Notes under the pieces: generated by a model
What the model was told of the DNA's origin: nothing
What the model saw: the letters and a program-made list of their open reading frames with translations, nothing else
Databases searched by the model: none
Position numbers and translations under genes: made by a program
Shown here: piece after piece, positions 40,941 to 49,433 of the stretch
Position numbering within the stretch: the stretch's first letter is position 1
How the letters are laid out: every line of letters begins with the position of its first letter
Assembly: GCA_963716725.1 (NCBI GenBank)
Contig: CAVQUB010000003.1
Span: 128,001 to 192,000, forward strand
Length of the DNA stretch: 64,000 nt
DNA from: an uncultured delta proteobacterium
GTDB taxonomy: Bacteria; Myxococcota_A; Polyangia; Polyangiales; Polyangiaceae
Direction: 5' to 3'

Positions 40941-41000
40941 GGTCCCGGGGTTACCAGGGCAACGATTTCAGTAACAACTTTTCTGCGGCACCATGCGCGG

Positions 41001-41897
41001 ATGCAGATCGCGTTTTTCGGGCTCCCGCTCGCTGCGTTGCTGCTCGAGGCGGACGGGCACAGGGTCGATCTGGCGGTGATTGCCCCCTTCGAGGCCGTCG
41101 GACGGCGACGATTGGCCGCGCGCACCCTTTTGCTCGACGCGGGGGAGCTCGGAGATGAGCTGGACCGAGCGGTGGACGCGGCCCTGGCCCGGTTGCAGCC
41201 CGACCTGGTCGTGAGCTGGTTCTGGTCGCGGAAGCTCCCGGGTCGCTGGCTCGAGCGAGGCAGGCTCGGGGCCATCGGGGTCCATCCCTCACTGCTGCCA
41301 CGCCATCGCGGTCCCAACCCGTTCTTCTGGGCCATCGACGCCGACGACGCCGAGACGGGCGTCAGCGTCCATCGGCTCACCGAGAACTACGACGACGGTC
41401 AGGTGCTGGCGACGCGCAGGCTGAAGATCGGTGGTCGCGACGCCTGGCAGCTCGCTCGCGCCCTCGATCGACCCAGTCTCTCGGCGCTCCGCAGCGTGGT
41501 GGCGGATCTCGCCGCGGGCCGCGTCGTTCACGAAGCGGCTCAGGACGAGCACCTGGCCACCTGGGCACCCGAGCCTGACGCGGAGCGCTCCAAGGTCGAC
41601 TTCGGCTGGCCGACGGAACGCGTCCTGCGGCGCATTCGCGCGCTCTCGCCGGTGCCCGGGGTGGCGCTCGAGGTCTGCGGCCGGACCTTCTTTCTTACGC
41701 GCGCCGAGGCCACCTCCGCCTATCCCGGCGCGCTGCTGCCGGGCGAGGCTGCCGCGGTCGGGACCCCCCCAACCGACGTGGTGTTTCGCACGAGCGACGG
41801 GGCAATTCGGGTGCTTCGCGCCGTTCTTCCGGCGGGAGATCCACTCGAGCGCGAAGCCCTCGCGCAACTCGTCGCTTCCCGTACTCGCGCAGTGTAG
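41001..41897 (+). CDS. Formyltransferase (Fmt-like)
   Basis: HPSLLPRHRGPNP, TGVSVH..DDG; Fmt C-terminal domain. Confidence 0.8.
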   Translation: MQIAFFGLPLAALLLEADGHRVDLAVIAPFEAVGRRRLAARTLLLDAGELGDELDRAVDAALARLQPDLVVSWFWSRKLPGRWLERGRLGAIGVHPSLLPRHRGPNPFFWAIDADDAETGVSVHRLTENYDDGQVLATRRLKIGGRDAWQLARALDRPSLSALRSVVADLAAGRVVHEAAQDEHLATWAPEPDAERSKVDFGWPTERVLRRIRALSPVPGVALEVCGRTFFLTRAEATSAYPGALLPGEAAAVGTPPTDVVFRTSDGAIRVLRAVLPAGDPLEREALAQLVASRTRAV

Positions 41898-41922
41898 ACT
41901 GGCCGCCGCTCGGAGGAAGTGA

Positions 41923-43167
41923 ATGACCGATCCCGTGAGTGCAGCGAGAACCGCTCGGGAGAGCCTGGCACGAGGCCTCTCGGTATTGCAGAGCCCTGGA
42001 GTTCCGGCGGCCGTAATGGATGTCGCCGAACCCATCGCGCAAGCCATGGGCGCGCTGCACCAAATCGAAGCCTCGGGAGGCAACGCCCTTGCCGAGCACG
42101 CCTCCGTTGCGCTCGATGCTGCACGGCGTGGGTTGTCGATGCTCCAGGGTGCGTCCGGACAACACCCCGCGGTCGAACAAGCCATGGAGGCGGTGGCAGG
42201 ATCACTCGGTACGATCCACGCGCTGACGCAACCGCGCGAGCCCCCGGCGACGGTGCCCGCGGTGCCCGCCGCGCTGGCCGGCACGCTCGTGATGCCGCCG
42301 GGACAAGGCGCTGCGCCCGCGCCCCAGGCCGCGTATCCGCACGCCGCGCCCCAGGCCGCGTATCCGCAAGCCGCACCCCAGGCCGCGTATCCGCAAGCCG
42401 CACCCCAGGCCGCGTATCCCCAGGCCGCACCTCAGGCCGCGTATCCCCAGGCCGCGCATGCGCAAGCCGCACCCCAGGCCGCGTATCCCCAGGCCGCGTA
42501 CCAGCAGACCGCACCCCAGGCCGCGCATCCGCAAGCCGCGTATCCGCAAGCCGCGTATCCGCAGGCCGCACCCCAGGCCGCGCCCCAACATCAGTCGTCG
42601 CCCCACGCCGCACCACACCCCGGGCAGCCCCAACCGGCCGCGCAACAGTTCGCTGGTGGTGGGGGCTACGGAGCGCCGCCCGCCGCCGCTGCTGGTGCAC
42701 CGTGGGCGCCGCCGCCGCAGCAACCGCCGCAGGCCGCGTGGCCCCAGCAAGCAGCGCCGGCCGCCCCCGCGGGCTCGTCGCCGGTCGCGGCCGGAGCGCA
42801 GGCCGCCGCGATCCAAGCGCCGCCGAACGTTCCGCGGCTCGAGGCCGATCTCGGCGCCCACAGCCCGTCGAATTTCTACAAGGGCTTGAGCGGAAACGAC
42901 GTCATCGACTCGGGCGGCCTCTTCGTCGCCACCTACAAGATCCCGAACATCGGCAGCAACGTCGTGATCAAGGTCGCGCTGCCCGGCGGCTACGAGTTCG
43001 AAGCGCTGGGCGTGGTCCAGTGGATCCGCGAGGCGCCGGACTCCACCGCGGGCATCGAAGCGCCCCCGGGCTTCGGTGCAAAGTTCACGCAGATCTCGCC
43101 TGAAGGTCGCCAGCTCGTGTACCGCTACGTGCGCAATCGCGAGCCGCTCTTCCACGACGACCTGTGA
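41923..43167 (+). CDS. Protein with Gln/Ala/Pro repeats and a C-terminal PilZ-like (TIGR02266-type) domain
   Basis: SNFY.G..GGLFVAT, V.WIRE, GFG.KF, REPLFHD. Confidence 0.75.
   Translation: MTDPVSAARTARESLARGLSVLQSPGVPAAVMDVAEPIAQAMGALHQIEASGGNALAEHASVALDAARRGLSMLQGASGQHPAVEQAMEAVAGSLGTIHALTQPREPPATVPAVPAALAGTLVMPPGQGAAPAPQAAYPHAAPQAAYPQAAPQAAYPQAAPQAAYPQAAPQAAYPQAAHAQAAPQAAYPQAAYQQTAPQAAHPQAAYPQAAYPQAAPQAAPQHQSSPHAAPHPGQPQPAAQQFAGGGGYGAPPAAAAGAPWAPPPQQPPQAAWPQQAAPAAPAGSSPVAAGAQAAAIQAPPNVPRLEADLGAHSPSNFYKGLSGNDVIDSGGLFVATYKIPNIGSNVVIKVALPGGYEFEALGVVQWIREAPDSTAGIEAPPGFGAKFTQISPEGRQLVYRYVRNREPLFHDDL
42319..42590 (+). repeat. About 27-bp coding repeats (PQAAYPQAA)
   Basis: CCCCAGGCCGCGTATCCGCAAGCCGCA units. 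Confidence 0.85.
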
Positions 43168-43195
43168 CCGTCGCTGGCCCGGGGCCATCCGCGCC

Positions 43196-46159
43196 ATGAC
43201 CGCTCGTCGATCCCGCGGGCTCGCCGTCGCGTTCGCGTCCGCGGTGGTGCTCGCCGCGCCAGGCGCAGTGGCCGGGGATCCCTATCTGGATTGGTACACG
43301 ATCCCGACGCCGCACTTTCGCGTCTCGTATCACAGCGGTCTGGCCCAGCCGGCGCAACGCGTCGCTTCGATGCTCGAGGCCGTGCACGCGCGGCTCACGC
43401 CGCAGCTGGGCCGAACCTCGACCGAGGTCACCGAGGTCGTGCTCACGGACATCACCGATAGCGCCAACGGCTCCGCGACGGCACTTCCGTACAATGCGAT
43501 TCGGCTCTTCGCCTCCGCTCCGGACGACATGTCACCGCTGAGCGAGTACGACGACTGGATGGCGGAGCTCGTCACCCACGAGCACACGCACATCCTGCAC
43601 CTCGACAACATCTCGGGCATCCCAGCCCTGGTCAACGCGGTGCTCGGCAAGACCATGGCGCCCAATCAGGTTCAGCCCCGCTGGGTGCTCGAGGGGCTCG
43701 GCGTCGCCCTCGAGAGCGAGCACACCGGCGGTGGTCGCCTGCGCTCGACGCACTTCGACATGATCTTGCGGGGCGACGTGCTCGGGGGCCGCCTGGCGCG
43801 CCTCGATCAGATGAGCCACCCGGCCCGGCGCTGGCCCACGGGCAACCTCTGGTACCTGTACGGCGGCGCGTTCATCGGCTGGATCGCCAGCGTCTACGGG
43901 CCCGACACCTACGGTTCGGTGGCGACGGACTACGGGCAGAATCCGATCCCCTGGGGCATCAACCGATCGATCCGCCGCGCCACCGGCCGCACCTACACCG
44001 AGCTCTTCGAGGGCTGGAGACTCCACCTCGAGAAGAAGTACGCGCGGCAGGCCGCCGAAGTGAAGCAGCGAGGGTTGCGCGAAGGCACGCGCCTCACGCA
44101 TCGCGGGCGCATTGCGGGCGCACCGCGCTGGGTGCCGGCTTGTGCGCGCAAGGGCCAGCGCGAGGAACTCGTGTACTTCGTGGACGACGGCCACTCACCC
44201 GTCGGCTTCTGGCGCTTGCCTCTCGACGCCCGCGATCGGGCCGACGAGGGCGACGCCGAGCTCGTGACGCGGGCCTCGGGCAACCACGTGAGCTTCGAGC
44301 CGGGCTGCGGATTTGTCTTCGACACCGTCGCCCCGAGCCGTCGCCGCTACTACTTTGGTGACCTGTTTCGGCAGGCCAAGGGCACACGTTCCGAGCGCGG
44401 CCTGCGTGGCTCGCGTGAGCGGCTCACCACTGGACGCCGAGCGCGAGAGCCCGATGTCAGCCCCGACGGCCGCCGCGTCGTGTACGTCACGCAGCGCGCC
44501 GGCACCACGACCCTGCGGATAGCGGACCTGAGCGCCGACGGAGGCCTCGTGAACGAGCGCACCTTGGTGCCCAGCGCGGCCAACGAGCAGGCGTTTTCGC
44601 CCCGCTTCTCCCACGACGGCAAGCGCGTGGCGTACAGCAGTTGGACGCGAGGCGGCTATCGCGACGTCCGCGTGGTGGACGTCGCGAGCGGGCGCTTCTG
44701 GCAGGTGACGCGGGACGTGGCCCTCGATCAACAGCCCAGCTGGTCGGCGGACGATCGCTACCTGTTCTTCACCTCGGATCGCACGGGCATCGCCAACGTC
44801 TACGCCTACGACATGGCGACGGCGCGGCTCCGGCAGGTCAGCAACGTGATCACCGGCGCATACATGCCGGCCCCCTCGCCGGACGGCAAGACCCTAGCCT
44901 ACGTCGGCTACAGCGCCGACGGCTTCGACTTGTTCTCGATGCCCCTCGACGCGTCGAGTTGGCTCGATCCGGTCGACCCGCCCCGCTACCGCGCTTCTCC
45001 CCATCCCGATCCGCCGCTCGAGCGTTGGCGCGTCGAGCCTTACAACCCGCTGCCCACGCTGCGACCCCGCGCCTACGAGGTCGAGCTGGGCCCGGGCTCC
45101 TTCGGCGAGACGCTCAAGGTGACCACCACGGGCTTCGACGTGGTCGGACACCACGCCTTCGCGGCCACGCTGCTCACTCCCTTCGAGCGCGGCGAGCCGA
45201 GCGGCTCCATCGCCTACGCCTATCGACGTCTGCCGATGGACTTCACGCTGTCGGCGTTCAGGTCGGCGGCGCCCCGGCGTGGATACCAGTATGGCGATCG
45301 GCAGCCGCTCTTCACCGAGACCTTCACCGGTGTGTCCACCGGGATCTCCTACGTCGAGCCGGGCGAGTGGGACGCGCAATCCATCTCGCTCTCGTACACG
45401 GTGGGCGAGTTCGACGCGAAGCTCCCGGTGGGCACCGCCGCGGATCCCTACTCGACGGTGACCCGGGACCCGCACCGCGGATTTTTGGGCATGGTGAGCC
45501 TGGGCTGGGGGTACTCGAACGCCGACGGATCGCTGTACGGCGTCGGACCCGAGCGTGGCTTCAGCATCGCTGCGAACCTCGACGTCGCGGCGCGTGAAAC
45601 CGGAAGTGACGACACGCTGACCGCGGTCTTTGCCCGCGCCAGCGGGTACCTGCCCATGCCCTACGCCGATCATCACACCCTGGCCGTTGCCGCCTCGGGC
45701 GCCGCGGCGGTCGGCACTTATCCCCGGCGTGGGCTGTACTACACCGGCGGCTTCGTCACCGACTTGCCCCTGCTCGACGCTTACACGGACGGCATTCGCC
45801 AGGGCAGCTTCGTACTCCGCGGCTACGAACCGGTGGCCTTCATCGGCTCCCAGTACAACCTGGTCAACACCGAGTATCGCTTCCCGATCCTCTACGCGGA
45901 CCGCGGCATCTCGACCTTGCCAGTCTTCTTGCGCACGCTCTCGGGCACCGTCTTTGCCGACTACGGCGGCGCCTACGACGAGCTCGACTTGGAGGACCCC
46001 TTCGGTCAGTTCCACCTCGGCGTCGGGGCCGAGCTCTGGGTCGATCTGGTGCTCGGCTATCACGCCCGGGGCACCCTGCGACTGGGGTACGCCCGCGGTT
46101 TTGGCGAGCGCGCCATCACCGGGGGACAGACCTACGCGGTGATCGCGTCGGCGTTCTGA
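43196..46159 (+). CDS. Outer-membrane protein: HExxH metallopeptidase-like domain, TolB/PD40 propeller and Omp85-like barrel
   Basis: HEHTH..EG; SPDG repeats; LRGY, EYRFP, C-terminal F. Confidence 0.75.
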   Translation: MTARRSRGLAVAFASAVVLAAPGAVAGDPYLDWYTIPTPHFRVSYHSGLAQPAQRVASMLEAVHARLTPQLGRTSTEVTEVVLTDITDSANGSATALPYNAIRLFASAPDDMSPLSEYDDWMAELVTHEHTHILHLDNISGIPALVNAVLGKTMAPNQVQPRWVLEGLGVALESEHTGGGRLRSTHFDMILRGDVLGGRLARLDQMSHPARRWPTGNLWYLYGGAFIGWIASVYGPDTYGSVATDYGQNPIPWGINRSIRRATGRTYTELFEGWRLHLEKKYARQAAEVKQRGLREGTRLTHRGRIAGAPRWVPACARKGQREELVYFVDDGHSPVGFWRLPLDARDRADEGDAELVTRASGNHVSFEPGCGFVFDTVAPSRRRYYFGDLFRQAKGTRSERGLRGSRERLTTGRRAREPDVSPDGRRVVYVTQRAGTTTLRIADLSADGGLVNERTLVPSAANEQAFSPRFSHDGKRVAYSSWTRGGYRDVRVVDVASGRFWQVTRDVALDQQPSWSADDRYLFFTSDRTGIANVYAYDMATARLRQVSNVITGAYMPAPSPDGKTLAYVGYSADGFDLFSMPLDASSWLDPVDPPRYRASPHPDPPLERWRVEPYNPLPTLRPRAYEVELGPGSFGETLKVTTTGFDVVGHHAFAATLLTPFERGEPSGSIAYAYRRLPMDFTLSAFRSAAPRRGYQYGDRQPLFTETFTGVSTGISYVEPGEWDAQSISLSYTVGEFDAKLPVGTAADPYSTVTRDPHRGFLGMVSLGWGYSNADGSLYGVGPERGFSIAANLDVAARETGSDDTLTAVFARASGYLPMPYADHHTLAVAASGAAAVGTYPRRGLYYTGGFVTDLPLLDAYTDGIRQGSFVLRGYEPVAFIGSQYNLVNTEYRFPILYADRGISTLPVFLRTLSGTVFADYGGAYDELDLEDPFGQFHLGVGAELWVDLVLGYHARGTLRLGYARGFGERAITGGQTYAVIASAF

Positions 46160-46210
46160 TGGCGCCCCGGTAGTTGGCCCTGGCCTTCACGGGCTGATAC
46201 GAGCCGGCTC

Positions 46211-46684
46211 ATGGCTACCAAAGTCCCGTTGCTCCTCGCGGGTCTGCTCGTCCTCGGCGGCTGCCTCGCGCCGCCGTCTCAGTCGCAGCGGGTCACCGAC
46301 TCGGCGCGCGAGCTCAACCTGGCGACTCGCTTCGGGCGCATGGACGTCGCGCTGGGGCTCGCCGCCAAGGGCGCCCAACAGAGCTTTCTCGATCGGCGCA
46401 CCGAGTGGGGAAAGAACGTGCGCATCGTCGACATCGAGCTGGCCGGGATGGCGATGAAAGACGAGCTGAACGCTACCATTCAGGTGGACGTGGCCTGGGT
46501 CCGCGTCAACGACGACACGCTGCGCACGACGCGGCTCGTGCAGCTCTGGCGGGACGACGGCGGCTGGCGGCTGGTCCGAGAAACGCGCGCAGCTGGCGAC
46601 CTTGGTCTGTTCGGCGAGCCCCTACCACCGGTAGAGCACAGCGCTCCGCGCGACGTTCAGTTCGCGACCAAGGTCATCCGCTGA
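46211..46684 (+). CDS. Hypothetical lipoprotein
   Basis: Lipobox LGGC. Confidence 0.65.
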   Translation: MATKVPLLLAGLLVLGGCLAPPSQSQRVTDSARELNLATRFGRMDVALGLAAKGAQQSFLDRRTEWGKNVRIVDIELAGMAMKDELNATIQVDVAWVRVNDDTLRTTRLVQLWRDDGGWRLVRETRAAGDLGLFGEPLPPVEHSAPRDVQFATKVIR

Positions 46685-46692
46685 GCCCGAGC

Positions 46693-46842
46693 TCAGCTCG
46701 CGGCCTTCTTCTTCTTGGTCGCCGGGCTCGCGGCTCGGCTGGCCTTGGTCGCCGCGGCCTTGCGCTTGACGCGGGCCTTCTTCGCAGCTTGCGACTTCTT
46801 GCGGCGCATCTTCATGGTCTGGCGGCTATCGAAACGTCCCAC
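46693..46842 (-). CDS. Small very basic protein (49 aa)
   Basis: GAGAGGA RBS then GTG; MGRFDSRQTMKMRRKKSQAAKKARVKRK...; AAG-rich codons. Confidence 0.6.
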   Translation of the reverse strand: MGRFDSRQTMKMRRKKSQAAKKARVKRKAAATKASRAASPATKKKKAAS

Positions 46843-46993
46843 TTTTGAGTCCTCTCGTGATCTAAGTCGCCCGCGGGTGACGCGGGCCCGGCTCGAATAC
46901 ACCAGGCGCCCCACCAGGCGCTAGTCCCCCCTGCTCATGGACCTACGCAACCGCGCGGCCCGCGCGCGGCAGGGAGGTGAGCAGGCGACGCGC

Positions 46994-47245
46994 TCAGCCG
47001 CTCGAAGCGTCTTCCAGCGCGCGCTCTCGGTCGCGGACTTCGAGGCGATACCGGCTGTTGACCGTCTCGATGTAGAAAACGTCCTTCGCTGCCAAGCGCA
47101 GCACGCGCTTGACCGGCGTCGTGACGTATTCGTGCATTCCGTCCGAAAACTCGATGACCACGACCGACCCCTTGCGAGGAGCTCGGACGAGCCGACCAGT
47201 GACGGCCCGGGAGCCACGACCCAGCTTCCGGAGCACGACTTGCAC
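46994..47245 (-). CDS. Small hypothetical beta-rich protein
   Basis: VQVVLRKLG..HEYVTTPVKRVL..ETVNSRYRLEV; start uncertain. Confidence 0.55.
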   Translation of the reverse strand: MQVVLRKLGRGSRAVTGRLVRAPRKGSVVVIEFSDGMHEYVTTPVKRVLRLAAKDVFYIETVNSRYRLEVRDRERALEDASSG

Positions 47246-47303
47246 GAGACACACTCTAGCAACGGATCGGCGGCCGGTCCAACCCCCGCGGATGTACAGG
47301 GCT

Positions 47304-48539
47304 TCAGGGAGCGGTGACGCCCTTGGCCCGCTTCTTCGCGAAGTAGGCGCGCAGGACGTTGCGGGCCAGCTCGGGTCCCTTGATCTGCCAGGTGGGTGTG
47401 TTGACCACAAGGGCCGCGATGGCCACCTCGGGCTTGTCCGCCGGGGCAAATCCGACGAACCAGGTGTAGAAGCGGCCGTTCTTCTGCCGCATCAGGGTCC
47501 CGGTCTTGCCGGCGACGACAATGTCCGGGAGGTACGCCTTGCCGCGCTTGTCGTGGAAGCTCTTGTAGGCCGATCCGTTGGCGACGGTCTCGGTCATCAT
47601 CGCGGTGAGCTCGGCCGCTGTTTCGGGCTTGACCGCGCGCCGCAGCGTCGCTGGGCCCCGGGTCTCGCTCCAGATCTTTTCGTTCTCTTTGTACACCGCC
47701 TCCACGATGCGCGGCTCGAGGGCGACCCCGCGATTGGCCACCGTCTGGGCGATGAGCGCCGCCGCGAGGGGTGACAGCGTGGTGTGCCAGAACCCCGCCG
47801 ACGCCCGGGCAAACTCCAGCGGGTCGACGGGAATGTCGATCTGTGGCGCCTCGTTCTGCACCGCAAAGGGGATCGGCGCGCCGAAACCAAAGGCGCCGCC
47901 CATGGCGGTCACGTCGTCGGGCGTGAGGTTCTTTTGCGCGAGGCGACCGAAGACCACGTTCAAGCTCCGCCCCATCGCCATCGCCAAGGTGGCGCACCAT
48001 TTGTCGCGGCGCGCGTCTTCCTGCAGTTCGTCGGCTTCGATGCGGCTCTTGCCACCGTGGTAGCACTGCTCGGTCTTGGCGTTCAGCCCGCCCTTCTCCA
48101 CCAGCGCCGCGCCGGTGATGACCTTGAACACGCTGGCCGCCGGCGCCTCCGCCCGCAGGTTCACGTCGAACTTTGCGCCCTCGTTCACGTAGGTCGCCCA
48201 GGTCAATATCTTCCCGGTGGACGGCTCGATCACGACGACCCCGCCCTCGGGCACCTTGTAGCGCTTGAGCTCAGCCATGGCCGCGCGTTGCAGCACGGGA
48301 TCCACGGTCAGCTCGGCGATCTTGCCGTCGCGCAGCGGCGTGGTGACGCGTCGCGGGCGCACGTCCATGCGCATCAGGTCGAGGCCGGCCAGGTGCTCGG
48401 TGGGGATCACCACCCCCGGAGCCCGCGGCTCCGCCTTGCGCAGGGCTCCAACGCCGACATTTCCCTGCACCACGGGCACGAGCGCGATCACGATGCCCGT
48501 TGCGGCACCAATGCCGACCCATCGCCTCCAGGTGCGCAT
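47304..48539 (-). CDS. Penicillin-binding protein, transpeptidase domain
   Basis: SVFK (SxxK), SLN (SxN), KTG. Confidence 0.9.
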   Translation of the reverse strand: MRTWRRWVGIGAATGIVIALVPVVQGNVGVGALRKAEPRAPGVVIPTEHLAGLDLMRMDVRPRRVTTPLRDGKIAELTVDPVLQRAAMAELKRYKVPEGGVVVIEPSTGKILTWATYVNEGAKFDVNLRAEAPAASVFKVITGAALVEKGGLNAKTEQCYHGGKSRIEADELQEDARRDKWCATLAMAMGRSLNVVFGRLAQKNLTPDDVTAMGGAFGFGAPIPFAVQNEAPQIDIPVDPLEFARASAGFWHTTLSPLAAALIAQTVANRGVALEPRIVEAVYKENEKIWSETRGPATLRRAVKPETAAELTAMMTETVANGSAYKSFHDKRGKAYLPDIVVAGKTGTLMRQKNGRFYTWFVGFAPADKPEVAIAALVVNTPTWQIKGPELARNVLRAYFAKKRAKGVTAP

Positions 48540-49022
48540 CCCCCGGAGTTAGCGGGCGGGGGGGTGAATGGCCAAAAAAGAGGGGGGTGCTGACGCATGC
48601 ACAAACCCGCAACGGCACTCGATGTGGATGCCCCCGCCTCGTCCGGCCTCGGCCGCTGCGCGGCCTCGGGCGGCCGTTCCCCCCCTTGCGTCCGACTCGC
48701 TTCGCTCGTGCGGCCGCGGGGGGGAGGCACCGCGCGCCCGGGCTCGCGAGGGCGAGGGTGCAGGGCGTAGGGCGCAAGGCGAGTGCGGGGGCGAGGGGCG
48801 AGCGCGAGGGGCGAGGGGCGATCCCGGCGGGACAGCTTGCTCGGCCCCCCCATCATGTCGCCGTGCTCGCCTGCGTCCAGGCCGCGGCCGCGGCTGCGTC
48901 CCCAAGGGGATTCCCTTCGGTCGCCGCCTGTGCTCGGACGCTCCGCGCCCTCGCAGCCTGGACCCAGGCTGCGCTCGGCGACCTCTCCTTGGCCGTCGGC
49001 TGCGCCGACAAGGAGAATCATC

Positions 49023-49219
49023 ATGCTGCGAATCTACCCGCTCATTCTCGAAGTCTTGCGTGAGCTCCGTTCTGTCATCGCTCAGATCGAGCGCCGCGAC
49101 TCCGACCTCACTCGCCAGCTCCGGCTTCCGCTCTGGGCTATGTCGCTTCGCTAGATCCAGCCCTCGTTGCCAAGCTCAATCGAATCACAGGCACCCTGGT
49201 CCGTTTGGTCGGCAGCTAG
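49023..49219 (+). pseudogene. Four-helix-bundle (23S IVS/bAvd-like) gene with internal deletion and frameshift
   Basis: AGGAGA RBS; N-terminal MLRIYPLILEVLRELRSVIAQIERRDSDLTRQLR joined out of frame to C-terminal ALGYVASLDPALVAKLNRITGTLVRLVGS*. Confidence 0.7.
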
Positions 49220-49433
49220 CCGCTGGCGCTCGAGCAGTGGGGCGGCAGCGGCCCCGCGAGACGCGCGGTAGCCTTGAGTCCGGGGGTGCTCGCGCTACGC
49301 CTCGCTTTGCCACTGCGGGTGCCGGCCGCAACCTGCGACCGATTACGACGCAGGCGCGCGCTTTGCTGGGACAAAGAACTTCCGCCCATGGAGAACTTTT
49401 CTCCCGCAGCGCGGTGAGGCCGGGGCACAATGG

